Source of the DNA: Octopus sinensis
Lineage: Eukaryota
Length of the DNA: 64,000 nt
Assembly: GCF_006345805.1 (NCBI RefSeq)
Contig: NC_043016.1
Location: forward strand, 13,640,001-13,704,000
Direction of reading: 5' to 3'
This document shows positions 51,259 to 64,000 of this stretch, one piece after another. Within the stretch, counting starts at the first letter, position 1. Every line of letters starts with the position of its first letter. The notes beneath the pieces were generated by a model. The model did not search any database. It saw nothing but the letters and a program-made list of their open reading frames with translations, and had not been told where the DNA came from. The position numbers and the translations under genes are program-made.

Positions 51259-52359
51259 GCCATATCTTTTTCTTTGTTTTCTTTCTTCTCAGATAATAGT
51301 GTACTTAGAAGGACTTTAGTCAAAGTGCCTTTCTCTTTCTCTAAGGCAGAAGAATGTGATTTAAGGAAATTTGGCTGCTATTTGAAGCAAGTCAAGCAAA
51401 CACAGGAGCTCCAAGTTGTAAATAAAACAGTAGAACAAAGCTCTCTTCTTTCATACACCAAATCTTCTGTTAGGACATACTAAGATAATACTGTTTCTCT
51501 CTCACACATCATCATCATTTAATGTCTGTTTTCCATGCTGGCATAGGTTGGACGTTTTGACCAAGGTCTGGTAAAGCCAGGAGGCTGCACCAGGCTCCAA
51601 TCTGATCTGGCAAAGTTTCTACAGCTGGATGCCCTTCCTAACGCCAACCACTGGGAGAGTGTAGTCGGTGCTTTTTACGTGCCACCGGCAATGGAAGCCA
51701 GACAGGGAGCACTGGCATCACTGCTTTGAAGCTGACGTTGCAGTGTATGTATAAGATGAGAACAAAGTATATATATATATATTATTTGTTTCAGTCATTT
51801 GATTGCAGCCATGCTGGAGCACTGCCTTGAAATTTTAGTTGAATGTATCGACCCCAGAACTATTTTTATGCCTGGTAACTCTATCAGTCGCTTTTTCTGA
51901 ACTACTAAATTACGGGGATTTAAACATAGATAATCACACACACACATATACGATGGGCTTCTTTCAGTTTCCGCCTACCAAATCTACTCACAAAACTTTG
52001 GTAGAAGAGGCTATAGTAGAAGACACCCAAGGTGCCAGACAGTGAGACTGAACCTGGAACCATGTGGTTAGGAAACAGGCTTCTTAACATGCAGCAACGA
52101 CTGCACCTATATATGTATATATTTATTAGAAGCTTAACCTTCTTATACCATAATTATTTAGTTTCATGTTTCTGAATGTCCAAATGAAAATATAAAACTG
52201 ATTTTAAAAAAAGAAAAAAAAAACAACGTTGCAGTCCTACTTTGCGCATGCTGCTGAAGATAAGGAAATAGCAGGTGAGAGCAAGAGCACTTGCCTTTTA
52301 GCAGTCAGAATAAGTCAGACTTAGAGGGATTTCCTCAACAGTTTCTAATTATAGGGAAC

Positions 52360-52560
52360 CTGTGGAAGAGGTAGACCTGGGATGAGGTGGCGAAGCACGA
52401 CCTTCGAACATTGGGCCTTACCGAGACCTTTGGAGATATGCTTTGCTTGAGAAAACCCGACAAGCCAAGTGAGAACATAGCCCGTGGCCTATGCCAGTGG
52501 GTGTAACCATCCCACTTATGAATACCCCTCATTCATTTGACAATAAAATTTGCTTGTAAA
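52360..52560 (+). mobile_element. Short RTE 3' ORF-end fragment
   Basis: GGAAGAGGTAGACC...GAAGCACGACCTTCGAAC...CCCACTTATGAAT matches 50230-50395. Confidence 0.75.
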
Positions 52561-54285
52561 GACCTATTGAGGCAAGTGTAAACAAACCAAAATTGCTGAC
52601 ATGGCCAATGACAGTATCGCCTGATTGGCACTAGGGATTGGCTCCCATGCACTAGCACCGGCCACTTCCTAGTACCCTCACCACACACCCACACACCATC
52701 ATCCATGCATCCACTCATTACAGACGCATGCACACATCCACACACATCAAAATCACTAGACCCTACCCACACACACTCACACTTACACATTATGACATAC
52801 ACACGCACACCTTCGTTTTGGGACTGCCAATACTTTTTTATCTCCCCTTCTACCTCTCCTGTCAAACCTTTCTTTTTCCCCCAACCAGTCGCCATGCTCG
52901 ATCGCTAAATCTACAAGCTTTTTTCTTTTTAATCCTCTCTCTGTTTATTTTCTCTCATTCCTTTCCGTTGAAGAGCGAAGGCTCGAAACGTAAAATACTT
53001 TCTCACTTTCCCAAGCGTCAAACTAATACACCTGTTTGTGGTTTATAGACCTATCTTCGTCTTTTGTTTTTCTGTAAATTTCAACTGTATATATATATGT
53101 TCGTGTGTATGTATGTATGTATATTTATACTGTGCATACATTTTTATACAGTGCGCGCGTGCATGTGAGTGTAAAAGTGGACGATATGTATGGAGAAATG
53201 ATACATGTGCATTTGCAATTGAGCATGTGTGTGTGTGTACGTGAACTAACCTGCATTCAGTGACACTGACGATATTTAATGGGATGGCAATTCAATAAAA
53301 CGATTAACCATACAGGCGCCATGCCGTGCTCCCCGTAACTCGACAGCGTTGGCCACTGCCTACTCTATTCAGTGACACTGGCAGAACTTAAATTTCCTTT
53401 CCAACTATTTTATCTATTTATTTATTTTTCACGCGGCTGTTCTCCACAAATACCAAATATATAATTAACTTAACCTAATTTAACTCCAATCCAGTAAATT
53501 TACGAATGAATCTCTGAAGATTTGATAATGCTGTTTGAACATATCATGTACTTTATATAATAAACAATCATGCGCGTAAGATGTTCTAACTAAATATTTC
53601 ATAATCAATATCTCCTGCTTTAAAAGCGGTGAGCTGGCAGAACCGTTAGCATGTCGGGCGAAATGCTTAGCGGTATTTCGTCTGCCGTTACGTTCTGAGT
53701 TCAAATTCCGCCGAGGTCGACTTTGCCTTTCATCCTTTTGGTGTCGATAAATTAAGTACCAGTAACGCACTGGGGTCGATATAATCGACTTAAACCGTTT
53801 GTCTGTCCTTGTTTGCCCCCTCTGTGTTTAGCCCCTTGTGGGTAGTAAAGAAATAGGTATTTTGTCTGCCGTTACATTCTGAGTTCAAATTCCGTCGAGG
53901 TCGACTTTGCCTTTCATCCTTTCGGGGTCAATAAATTAAGTACAAGGTTGCTTATGAAACCCACCAAATCATAACGAAAATAAAGAAACACACCACCACT
54001 ATAATTGAGGTCTGCTCTTCACAGATGAGACTGATATCATCTTAAAATGGCTGAGTATTGCAGAATCCTTTACAATCACTAACTCAAACATGACAGCAAC
54101 ATCTTAGACAATTCCAACAACAATAACAGGGAACTTTGGGGGTACTCTAATTCTCCAGGTGCACCTGCTCAAAACAGGAAATTCTGAGGAGTGGATAACA
54201 CCCCATCACATGTCTTAAAATATGGAGGGCCAAGCTTATAAAGGCCCTTAGAATTACCCATTTGAAGATATAGGAGATGAAGCAG

Positions 54286-56330
54286 TAGCCAAAGGAGTGT
54301 GCCCAATTACAAATGATACCCATTCCCAAGAAAGGCGACTTAAGATTCTTCCAGAATTATACAACAATCAGCCTAATTAGCTTCGCCGGAAAGTATTGCT
54401 ATGAGTTGCTAAAGAGACTTAAGGGAACGGCAGAAGAAAAAGCAAGATTTAGGCCCAAAACGAGAACTGTGGAGCAGTGCATCACCATGCACTTTGGTAG
54501 GAAAAACCCAGCCTTCACATACTCCCTCAACAGCACCAATCTCAAAAAGTCTTCTGCTGAACGGGATCTGAGTATTATTGTAAACAGCGATATGCATTGG
54601 ACAAACTACATCTCTAAGATTGTCAAGAGGGCTGGGTGGGGGCTATCCAAGCATCACTCAGTAAGACTTTGGTCAGTTGCTCTCCAGCTATCTAGTTAAA
54701 TCTATATATGACAATGGTACGTCCACAGTTGGAATTTTGCATCACCAGTCTGGACCCCCGCTATATTGCTCATCATACCATTCTGAAACGTGCAACAAAA
54801 CGAATACCCGCCGTCAGACATCTACCATACTCCGAACGCCTTGCTTCCCTGGGCATGGATACATTGAAGCTCATACGTCTGGCAACTGACTTCGTAATCA
54901 CCCACAAGATTATCCACCATCTTTCCAACAACAATGTTGGGCACCTTTTTGAATTCCATATGATGAACACTCGTAGACATGCTTATAAAATCAAATAACA
55001 ACACAGCACTCATGACTTTTGGAAACATTTTTTTTACGCTCAGAATTGCTGAAGCATGGAATTAACCACTCGCATCAGTTGTTAGCTGTCAAGACACTAT
55101 ATGCTTCAAAACTTCCATGCTTTCTGAAATCCGCCAACAGTAGTACACCTGATGGCTTTTTAAAATTTAATTTAATTAATTCTTTTTAGTTGTAGTGCAC
55201 CCGAACACTGTATACAACAATTTCTTTCATATATATTTAACATTAGACTGCTCACCGAAAAACAATTTGGACACTAATCTGACTTGTATTACAATTTTAC
55301 TGACTTCAAAAGGGCCTTTGACCGTATTTGGCACAATGGGTTGTGACAAGTGAAGAATTAGTACTTCGACAACCTTATCGAAGTAATCCAAGCACTGTAT
55401 GAAAACCCAAGCAGTGCAGTTCTGAACAACGATTTTGGAGAATTCTTCAGTACAACAGTGGTTGTTCGACAAGAATCTCCTCTTCCCAGTGCTTCCTGAA
55501 GAACACCATGCAGGAGACACTTGAAAACCTCCATCCCTCTGTTTCCATACGAGGACGGTGCATTTCCAACCTACGTTTTTCTGATGATATTGACCTGTTA
55601 GGAAGAAGTGAGGTAGAACTACAGGAGCTCACCACCAGACTGGAAAAAGTATCAGGAACATACAGTATGGAGACCAGCCCAGAAAAGAGGAAGATCTTAG
55701 TTGATCTTAGGTGATAACAATCAAAGCACAGCAACCAACATCATGCTAAACAGAGAGAGATTTGATGAAGTGGACACCTTCAAGTATTTAGGATCCACTT
55801 TGACTAAGGACGGCAGATCTCAAAAGGAGATAACAAAAAGATTCAGTTTACCCTCTGCTGCCATGACGAAGCTGAACACCAGATGGGAAAGCAATTCCAT
55901 TATTTTTCCAATGAGATTTAGAGTCTGCGTGTTCTTGGCGTTTCTTCTGTGTGGGTGACAGCTGGACTTTTGCAGTTGACATGGAGTGAAGAATCCAAGC
56001 ATTTGAACGCAAATGCTTCATAGGACTATTACACATCTCATACATTGAGCACAAATCGAATAGACTTGTCAGGCAATAAATCGACAAATACAATGGCTGA
56101 CAGGAACCACTCCTTGTGCAGGTAAAAAGGAGAAAGCTTGCCTGGTATGTATCCCATCACAACACCCTGCCCAAGACCATTCTTGAGGGCACAGTTGAGA
56201 GAGAGTGAAAGAGAGGCAGACAGGAAAAAAGCCTGGTTTGACAACATCAAGGGCCGGACAAGTCACAACACATGTCAGAGAACAGAGACCAGTGGTGAAG
56301 GGTGACTACGAAAGCGTCTAGAGTGGTATC
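54286..56330 (+). mobile_element. Second, degenerate RTE (BovB-like) family copy split by a CR1 fragment
   Basis: IPIPKKGDL..NY.TISLIS...RTVEQ (54313-54480) resumes as FNIRLL...DFKRAFDRIWH at about 55234, then FSDD and YLGS motifs. Confidence 0.8.
54481..55230 (+). mobile_element. CR1/L2-group LINE 3' fragment nested in the RTE
   Basis: MHFGRKN..Y.L...ERDLSIIV; VRPQLEFC; RATKRIP..LPYSERL..LG. Confidence 0.8.
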
Positions 56331-56629
56331 CCAGCGACTGGCTGCATCATTTACGAGATCTTGATGATGATACAAAAGCTTGGTAAACACAAATTTACAT
56401 TATTAGTTTGCTACGTACGTTTTACCACTGTGGTGTTTTCAAATCCCTGCATTGGATGTTCTTTCATTTGGAGGGTTAACCACAACCAATCATCATGCAA
56501 ATACTGTATTTCACTATGCTATAGAGATCAAATGTATAGTAGTAACCTAAGTCCTATACCAGATGATGACAGTCTCTGTAGAGCTCTAAACTCAATAGTA
56601 TCAGTCGTTTATTTAACTTTATCTGTATA

Positions 56630-57090
56630 CTAGCATAAAAGCCGAAACCCGTGTGGACTTTAAACCTTCTCCTGCAGAGGGCTAATTGGGCCAGCAGCCC
56701 AAAACTAAAGAATGCTTAATAGCATGACTATAATACATCTATAATGACTATATGCCCCAGTAGTGTTTGGTCAGAGGTTAAGGACAAAAGAGAATTAATT
56801 CTGCAATGCAAATCATTCTATTGTTCCAGTCCTAAGTTGAATTTCAGTTGTGGGCCAATTTGTTTTATTCTGTGTTCTTATGTTGATGTAAAATTAATGA
56901 AGCGAATGTCATTTATATTCCTCTTGATCTCTGACCTCATCTGACAAACGCCAACCAAGATGGCGTGAATCAGCAAAGCTTTACCTGCTAGAAATAGCAA
57001 CGCAAATGCTTTTAAAATCAGATCCCAATGCTGGATGTTCAAGAACCAAATGAAGGCCAAATTTTCAATACCAGGATCATCCTGATTCCA
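56630..57090 (+). repeat. Interspersed repeat, homologue of 26350-26790
   Basis: See the partner copy. Confidence 0.8.
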
Positions 57091-57258
57091 AAAAGGTAAA
57101 ATATATTTATGTAGAGCAAATGTAGGCTGAGATACAGGCATCCCAGATGGATGGATAAAATTTTGCTTTTATCATTATAGAATATCTGTACATATATTTG
57201 TAAATGCAACAATATTTATATATACCAGTATGTTTCTGTATCTTTGTACATATGTGTT

Positions 57259-57331
<73 letters not shown>

Positions 57332-57992
57332 TATATATATACACATACCGGAGTAAACACATAAATGTGAAACAAGGTTGAAAAAAGAGTACTCAAATAC
57401 CAGAGGTAGAGTAATATGCTTTATTTAAAAGCAGCAGAAATTCAACAAAAATAAAGTATATATACACATATGTATATACATAGATATTTATGTTTATGCG
57501 TGTGTATTTGTATTATGCGTGTAAGAGGTATCTATGTATATGTGTGTAAAAGAAATTTTACAGCCTGAGTATTGAAGCATGTATGTATTTGTGTTATTAT
57601 ACTCATATATATATTAGAGTGTAATAGAGCATATGCAATTCTAATTAAATGCTATATATACATGTTTACAAGTATGTCTTCGTATACCAGTGTAATGAAG
57701 TGTGTGTTGTGAGCGCGTGTATGAGAGATTCAATGAAGTCGTTTTTAGTATCTCTGGCGTTGGTATTTCTTTATATGGTGATCTGTTTTAAAGTAATAGG
57801 AAGAAATTTTGCTGGTTATTTTTGGCTCGAGTAAACCTTCCAGAATATATCGGGGAGTACATTCTCTATATCTTTCGGAAGGCAGTAGAGTATGTATTGA
57901 GTGAATTTGATGCCGTTTGTATTGGCAACCCCACTTTTTTTTTTATTGTTTAGTCCAGGTTAGCTGTGATCAAACCTAGAATAAAATACATT

Positions 57993-58736
57993 GGATCTTT
58001 TCCTTTTGAACGGCAGTTTTCAACACAATTTCTAGTTAACTAAACACTTTTAAACTTCGTATACTGGTAGAATGTGTCAAAATAAAACGTTTTTTTCTCT
58101 TGGCTTTCTTGAGAAAATTGTAATTTCTAAGTTTAATGTAGTTTAATTTTTCGAATTTTTTAACCAATCCTATGCTCTCTATTGAGCTAAAATCATTTGC
58201 TGCGTCTAAAATAGACACTAACCTTAACCCTCACCCTAACCCTAAATTTTAGCCTTTCGTTTTTTTTTCCTTAATTGTTAAATTAATTTAAGGATAACAA
58301 TTAAGAAAAAAAAACCAAAGGCTAAAACGAAAGAAATGGAAAATAATTTTAATTTAACAATTAAGAAAAAAAATGAAAGCAAAAACTCAAAACAAAAACA
58401 AAACGAATAATTTTAGACACACGCGTAACAATTAAATTAATTTAACAATTAAGAAAAAAAACCCCGAAAGGCTAAAATTTAGGGTTAGGGTTAGGGTTAG
58501 TGACAGGATGTTGTCTCAGTTTTAGACGCAGCAAATGATTTTAGCTCAAAAGAGAGCATAGGATTGGTTAAAATTCGAAAAATTAAACTACGTTAAACTT
58601 ACAAATTACAATTTTCTCAAGAAAGCCAAGAGAAAAATATGTTTTATTTTGACACATTCTACCAGTATACGAAGTTTAAAAGTGTTTAGTTAACTAGAAA
58701 TTGTGTTGAAAACTGCCGTTCAAAAGGAAAAGATCC
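57993..58736. mobile_element. Foldback/MULE-like non-autonomous element with ~300-bp TIRs containing (TTAGGG)n
   Basis: GGATCTTTTCC...GGAAAAGATCC termini; flanks aaatacatt / aaaacatt (8-9-bp TSD with one indel); telomeric hexamers at 58218-58245 and 58479-58500. Confidence 0.8.
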
Positions 58737-59399
58737 AAAACATTTAATTTGTGACAACTCTGCTTTTATTTTGTATCAGAGTCTACATTGTGCAAAGTGT
58801 CCTGTTTTTAACAATAGGGTGCAATATGAGGGACATTTGACTGTTATTGCTTGTGTATTTCAAATGACTTCCCAATTCCTTTGAAACGATAAGGCACACA
58901 CATTCATTCACACAATTGTGTGTGTTAAACTTCTTTTTCGTGTACTGTTTCTCTCTCCCTGACCCTGTCTTTTCTGGCCAATGTTTACTCACTCTCCTTA
59001 CTCTTTCATTTAAGTCTCCACTCATTACTCCTTTCCATGCAGTGTTTTGCTTATTCATACTTTTTCTCTTCCTTTTCCTCAAGATTGTATGTCAAATTTC
59101 TCTTCTGAGACAATGCCTTCTATCGTCTCCATGAAGTCCGAGGTTCGCTTCGAAACTCAGGGGTTCACATCTCGAATAAATCGTTTTCTCTTCTCTTTTG
59201 GAAGTTTCTCTCTCCCCGGACTTTCGTTCAGTTTGTAACCTATACGCATGCTCAACTCTATCTCCGAATTTTATCAAACGGATCAGACTGATACTCGTTT
59301 TGATAATAGATTTCCAACTTCCCCACTCGTCGCAAATCTTCCTTTCATCCATCCATCCATTCATTCATCCAACATTAGTTTTATTATTAATACTTTTGT

Positions 59400-61975
59400 A
59401 GACAGTTCAAACTCTTCTGTGTGAGCAATAGTAACAGCAGAGGTGGACAGATGAAGTAACAGAAGTTGTCAGGGTGTGCGATAGGATAATTAAGTTGAGA
59501 CTAATTATAAGCAACACAACAGCAACATTTATTTCGGCATATGCCCCACAGGCAGGACTGCCAGATGGACAGAAGGTCTGCTTCTATGAGATTCTTCTGC
59601 AGATTGTCTCAACAACGGGCGGCAGCGGCTTCATCACCACAGCTGGTAACTTCAGCAGGCATATTGATCAACAACACATTGATGGCTTCTGTGATATACG
59701 AGGGGACTAAGGTTACAGCTTGAGAAATGGGGTAGGGTATAAGGTCTTTGGAGTTTTGTGCTGCAACTGATCAAATAATTTGTTATAGACACTTTAAGAA
59801 ACTCGCCAATCTGACAAATGCACAAATCAGATAGATTACATTCTCAGCTGGAGACAAGATTGAGGGGCTATTGTGAATACCAAAACTTTTCCCGGCGAAG
59901 AATGCATTATTCAACATAGATTAATGGTTAGTGATTTCAGAGTTAGAGTTAGTCAGATACAGAAAAGTAAGCGGGTATGAAGAAGGAAGGCATGGACACT
60001 AAAAGAACCTTTAATCGGAGATTCAGAGAAATTCTGACACATACGACTGTATGGAGGAGAGTTTAGATGCCTGTAACGTAGACAACAGGAAATGTCTACG
60101 AAATAACATGCTTAGAGCTACAGATATAATATGCAGTTGGAGTAAACTCTCAGCAATGCCAAAAGCACGAGTAAGAAGGTGATGGAATGATATGGGTCAT
60201 AGGGCAGTTAAGGCTAAGAGACAGGCTTGGAAAGTGGTAGTAGGGAGCCTTACCTAATGACTAGAAGGGCATCTTGGTTAAAGGGGAAGCAGACAAGAAG
60301 ATATTCTTATGTCTTGCAACTAGAAGATCAGAGGCGTGAAGTGTCCAAGATTGCGAGTTTATGAGTGAGAAAGAATTGACATGGTAGTGAAAAGTGTTTT
60401 TGGAATGATGGAAACAAACTCGCCATCGATATGGAATAAATGAAACTGGCCTGGAAGTGCTATTCTGATAAGGATTACCCCACGCTAACACAATAAAGGG
60501 GCCAGTGACTCAAGTTGACAGCAGTGTGGTTGGTACGTAATCAATGATATGGAAAAGGGGAAAGTCACATTTCCATCAGGGGTAGTTAATGAGATATTAA
60601 AAATATTTGGATAGTTAATCAAGTCATTCAGGAGGATGTCATATCACTAGATTAGGTTATGAAGGTTACGGAGAAAGTCATAGATTTTTGATAGAGTAGA
60701 CGTGGATGAGATGCAGTTTAGCTTTGTTCCCAGAAGAGGCACTACAGATGCAATCTTCCTAATGTGGCAACTGCAAAAGAAATACTCAACGAACAATAAA
60801 CCGCTATTCTTGGCTTTCGTTGATTTGGAGAAAGCATTTGACAGAGCACCATGTTCAGTAAATAGGTGATTACTGAGCAAACTAGATGTAGATGCAAATT
60901 TGTGAAGGCGGTAAAAGCTATGTACAAGGATGTAGTAAGTAAAGTGAGATTCGGCAATGATTTCAGTAATGAATTAAGTGTGAAGCTCAACTCTCTCCTA
61001 TTCATTGAGGAGATTAAGAATGGCTGTTTAACTCCTATATGCTGGTTACCTAGTTCTCACAGCTGAATTTATAGGGAAAATAGAGAGGAAATTTTAGGCA
61101 TGGAAACTAAACCTAGAATTGAGACCCCTTAAGGTAAACTTAAGGTAAGTCTTTGCTAAGTTTACCTTAAGACCGCTCCTACTTACTTAAGTCAGACCCT
61201 GATGGCTTCAAATGGCCTTGTTCGACATACAAAACACTAGTTATAAATTCCACACGCTGTAGCTGATGTAAACTATGGATATACAAGAGATGTAGCGGAA
61301 CCACGGGCAAACTATTTGAGAACATAAGCTTCTTATACAATAGATGCAGTGGAGGAGTAAGTAGGAGCAGACCAGCACCGAAAATAGTTTCTCTCAAATG
61401 CTTGGATAGCTCACTAGCTTTTGTTATTTGGGAGAAGTGATTAGCAAAGGATGTAGTTGCTGTGGAAGCATAGTAGCCAGAGTCAGAACAGGTTGGAAAA
61501 AGTTTAGAAAGTTACTACCGCTGCCGACAACATAGATCTTTTCCCTCATAGTAAAAGGACGGATTGAATATTGCTTGTGTTAGAAGTACAATGCTGCGTG
61601 GTAGTGAATGAAAAGGACTTGAGCAGATTGGAAAGAAATAAAGCGAGCAGTGCAACATAAGTCTGCCTGAAAAACATAGTACAAAGGTTCTGAGAGAAAA
61701 ATTGGACATAGAAGTAATCAAATGTAGTGTGGCATGAAAGAAGATTCTGCTGGTATTTACATGTGATGCATTTGTATTAGGACAGTTGTATAAAGAAGTG
61801 GTGGTCATAAAAGTGGATGGAAGTAGCGAAAGAGAGTAACTGAGGAAGACACAAGACGAGGTGGCGAAGACTGATCTCAGGACCTTGAAGCTCACAGAGA
61901 GGATGACAAAGGACTAAGATGGCCAGTGATATGCGGTTCTCGAGAAGACCTGGCCACGTTAGCAAAACTTTGTTC
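59400..61975 (+). mobile_element. Old, heavily mutated copy of the RTE family of 47262-50374
   Basis: Collinear remnants (ISAYAPQAGLPDGQK, KTFPGEEC, GTTDAIFL, AFVDLEKAFDR, VAKTDLRTL) with many stops and indels. Confidence 0.85.
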
Positions 61976-63194
61976 CAGTACAGCTGTGTGCGCGCATGCG
62001 GTGTTGAGTACTCATTGTTCAACATTTACATATCAATGCTTTTCTGACGTCCCCAAACACCAGACAAGCATCTAACATGCACAGGGAATGGAAACATTGT
62101 GAATTCCTGAGATTGTTCATGTTTTTATCCAAAATGGAGACTAATACCATGTGGATGGCTTGAAAAATCAAGATATTTTTCTTAACACGAAAGCAACACA
62201 AATAAAGAAATGTTATCCACCAATCCGCTGTTGAGTACTCATTCTCACAGTTCGGCATTTATGTGTGTATACACATGGATACATAATATATGCGCACAAA
62301 TGGGCCTTCTGAAGATACACGTCACCTACCTAACAGCAGTTATTCACAGATACCAGTTTCCTTACAACTTAGAACCACTTCGCTCGTTATCCATCTTTCA
62401 TTAATTAATCTGACCCCTACCCATATTTTCATTTATCCCCCACCTTCCCTTACTATGCCGCTAAATTCTCTCTTCCTCCGTCACATATTGCACCTACCTC
62501 TTACTCTTCCACTCTCGCAACCTTACCCACCAGTATGTTAGCTATCTTTCGCCCTCGTTTACAGAATTATTTCTATTGTTATTTCCACACTACCATCTAA
62601 CTCCTACCCCTCTCACACTCATTCCTATCCACCTTGTACCTTGAAAGTCCACTCTGTTATTTCATCAAGCAACGATGGAAATGCTTGCATTCTTTTGTGG
62701 TATATAAAATCATGTGACATATATATATAAACCTAACAAAACCCACACAACCTAGGATAAGTTTATTTTTAACTGTCAAACTTAAACGAAAAAAAAAAAG
62801 CTGCAGCAGACGTGGGTGTATGGTAAAAAGCTTGCTTCCTAACCACATGTTTCCGGGTTCAGTCCCATTGCATAGCACCTTGGGCAGGTGTCTTCCACTA
62901 TAACTGCGCGCTGATCAAAGACTTGTGAGTGGATTTGATAAACGGAAACTGAAAGAAGTCCGTCGTATGTGTGTGTGTGTGTTTGTCCTCCCCTTCGTCG
63001 CTCGACAACCGATGCTGGTATGTTTATGTCCCCGTAACTTAGCAGTTCAGTAAAAGAGACCGATAGAGTAAGTACTAGGCTTACAAAGAATAAGTCCTGG
63101 GGTCGATTTGCACGACTAAAAAACCCTTAAAGTCAGTGCTCCAGCATGGCCACAGTCAAATGACTGAAACAAGTAAAAGAATAAAAGAAAAAGC

Positions 63195-63460
63195 CGCCGT
63201 GCGATCAGTAGGGAGAGACTGAAAGAATTATTGGCACATTCGGGGCCTTCTCCGAGAAGAGTCCTGACCGAAAGCAAGCCAAGACAAAACAACATTCTAT
63301 GTACATTGCTGCCCATCTGCCACATCAAAAATGGAAATATATGTCCGCAGTCCATGATGTGTATAAAATCACGAGCAGCAAATGTAATGAATGTCACACC
63401 GGAAGTACTATCAGACAAGTTCACATACGAGTTAAAGAATGCTGTACTAAGGTTTCTTAC
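63195..63460 (+). mobile_element. Penelope-like element fragment (GIY-YIG endonuclease region)
   Basis: DVYKITSSKCNECHTGSTIRQVHIRVKE at 63356-63450, preceded by a Cys-rich segment. Confidence 0.7.
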
Positions 63461-64000
63461 GTCAAAAACGCTTACTGAAATTATTTCTTTACTACCCACA
63501 GGGGGCTAAACATAGAGGGGACAAACAAAGACCAACAAAGGGTTTAAGTCGACTACATTGACTCCAGTGCGGATGTTATAACCTACCCGTCGAGGTATGG
63601 TATTTTTTAACGTAATGGTAAATAAATACTTTCTTAAAACTTCATGCATTGTTCATCTTTCACATCCTACAACATGCAATTATAACAACAAATTTTTATC
63701 GTTACAACTGCTGACTCCGACACTTCATATTGTGTACCTAATCAATCTCAACCGCAACAACTAGTGACCCTCGACTCCTATTAAGAACTTTACTGTCATT
63801 TTGATTTAGTATAAGTGATCTTATTATTCTAGACGTGTATCCTTAACATAATCCTCAAACACAAACAATTTGTCACATACACATTTCAGAATTTTTATTA
63901 TTGTAGTTCCATACTATTATTTCAAAATTGCACAATATATTGTAGGTGTAATAATTGTATCAACATCTCATCTTCGTCCATGATCACAATATGTTGATAG

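Noticed and set aside
56545-56610. Possible hammerheads at about 56550 and about 59130-59165
   Set aside because: Cores too mutated (CAGATGA...TAAA; CATGAAG) and stems I and III not supportable
58218-58500. Telomere or chromosome-fusion site (TTAGGG tracts in both orientations)
   Set aside because: Only 3-4 hexamers each, embedded in transposon TIRs
61127-61168. 15-bp inverted repeat within the old RTE copy
   Set aside because: Probably a local repair or replication slippage product in dead sequence; no functional evidence

Overview
AT-rich animal genomic DNA, most likely an octopod cephalopod (inferred from the SINE and RTE repeat families and the microsatellite-rich introns). One host gene is well supported: a plus-strand GLYR1/NPAC (NP60) homologue with 9 GT-AG exons from 14621 to 41563 (1413 nt, 470 codons plus stop). 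It encodes a K/S-rich linker and a complete beta-hydroxyacid-dehydrogenase domain; no PWWP exon or clear start codon lies in the window. The rest is largely mobile DNA: two young near-intact RTE LINEs with a PHD finger inside the RT and structured tandem-repeat 3' UTRs, many 3'-UTR-only derivatives, older RTE, CR1, Hero-like and Penelope fragments, Tc1, pogo, Chapaev3-like, piggyBac, hAT and foldback elements, two Helitron-like elements and several SINEs. The most interesting signal is a set of hammerhead-ribozyme-bearing non-coding retroelements in GLYR1 introns and upstream: a young 351-bp retrozyme-like unit at 28043-28489, a Penelope-type inverted repeat with paired hammerheads at 39844-40426, and a tRNA-headed SINE with a hammerhead-like core. 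Also notable are an NPAC that keeps the catalytic lysine, a 160-bp target-site duplication, and exon-like relics of an unidentified antisense gene. All family assignments come from motif recognition; no database searches were run.
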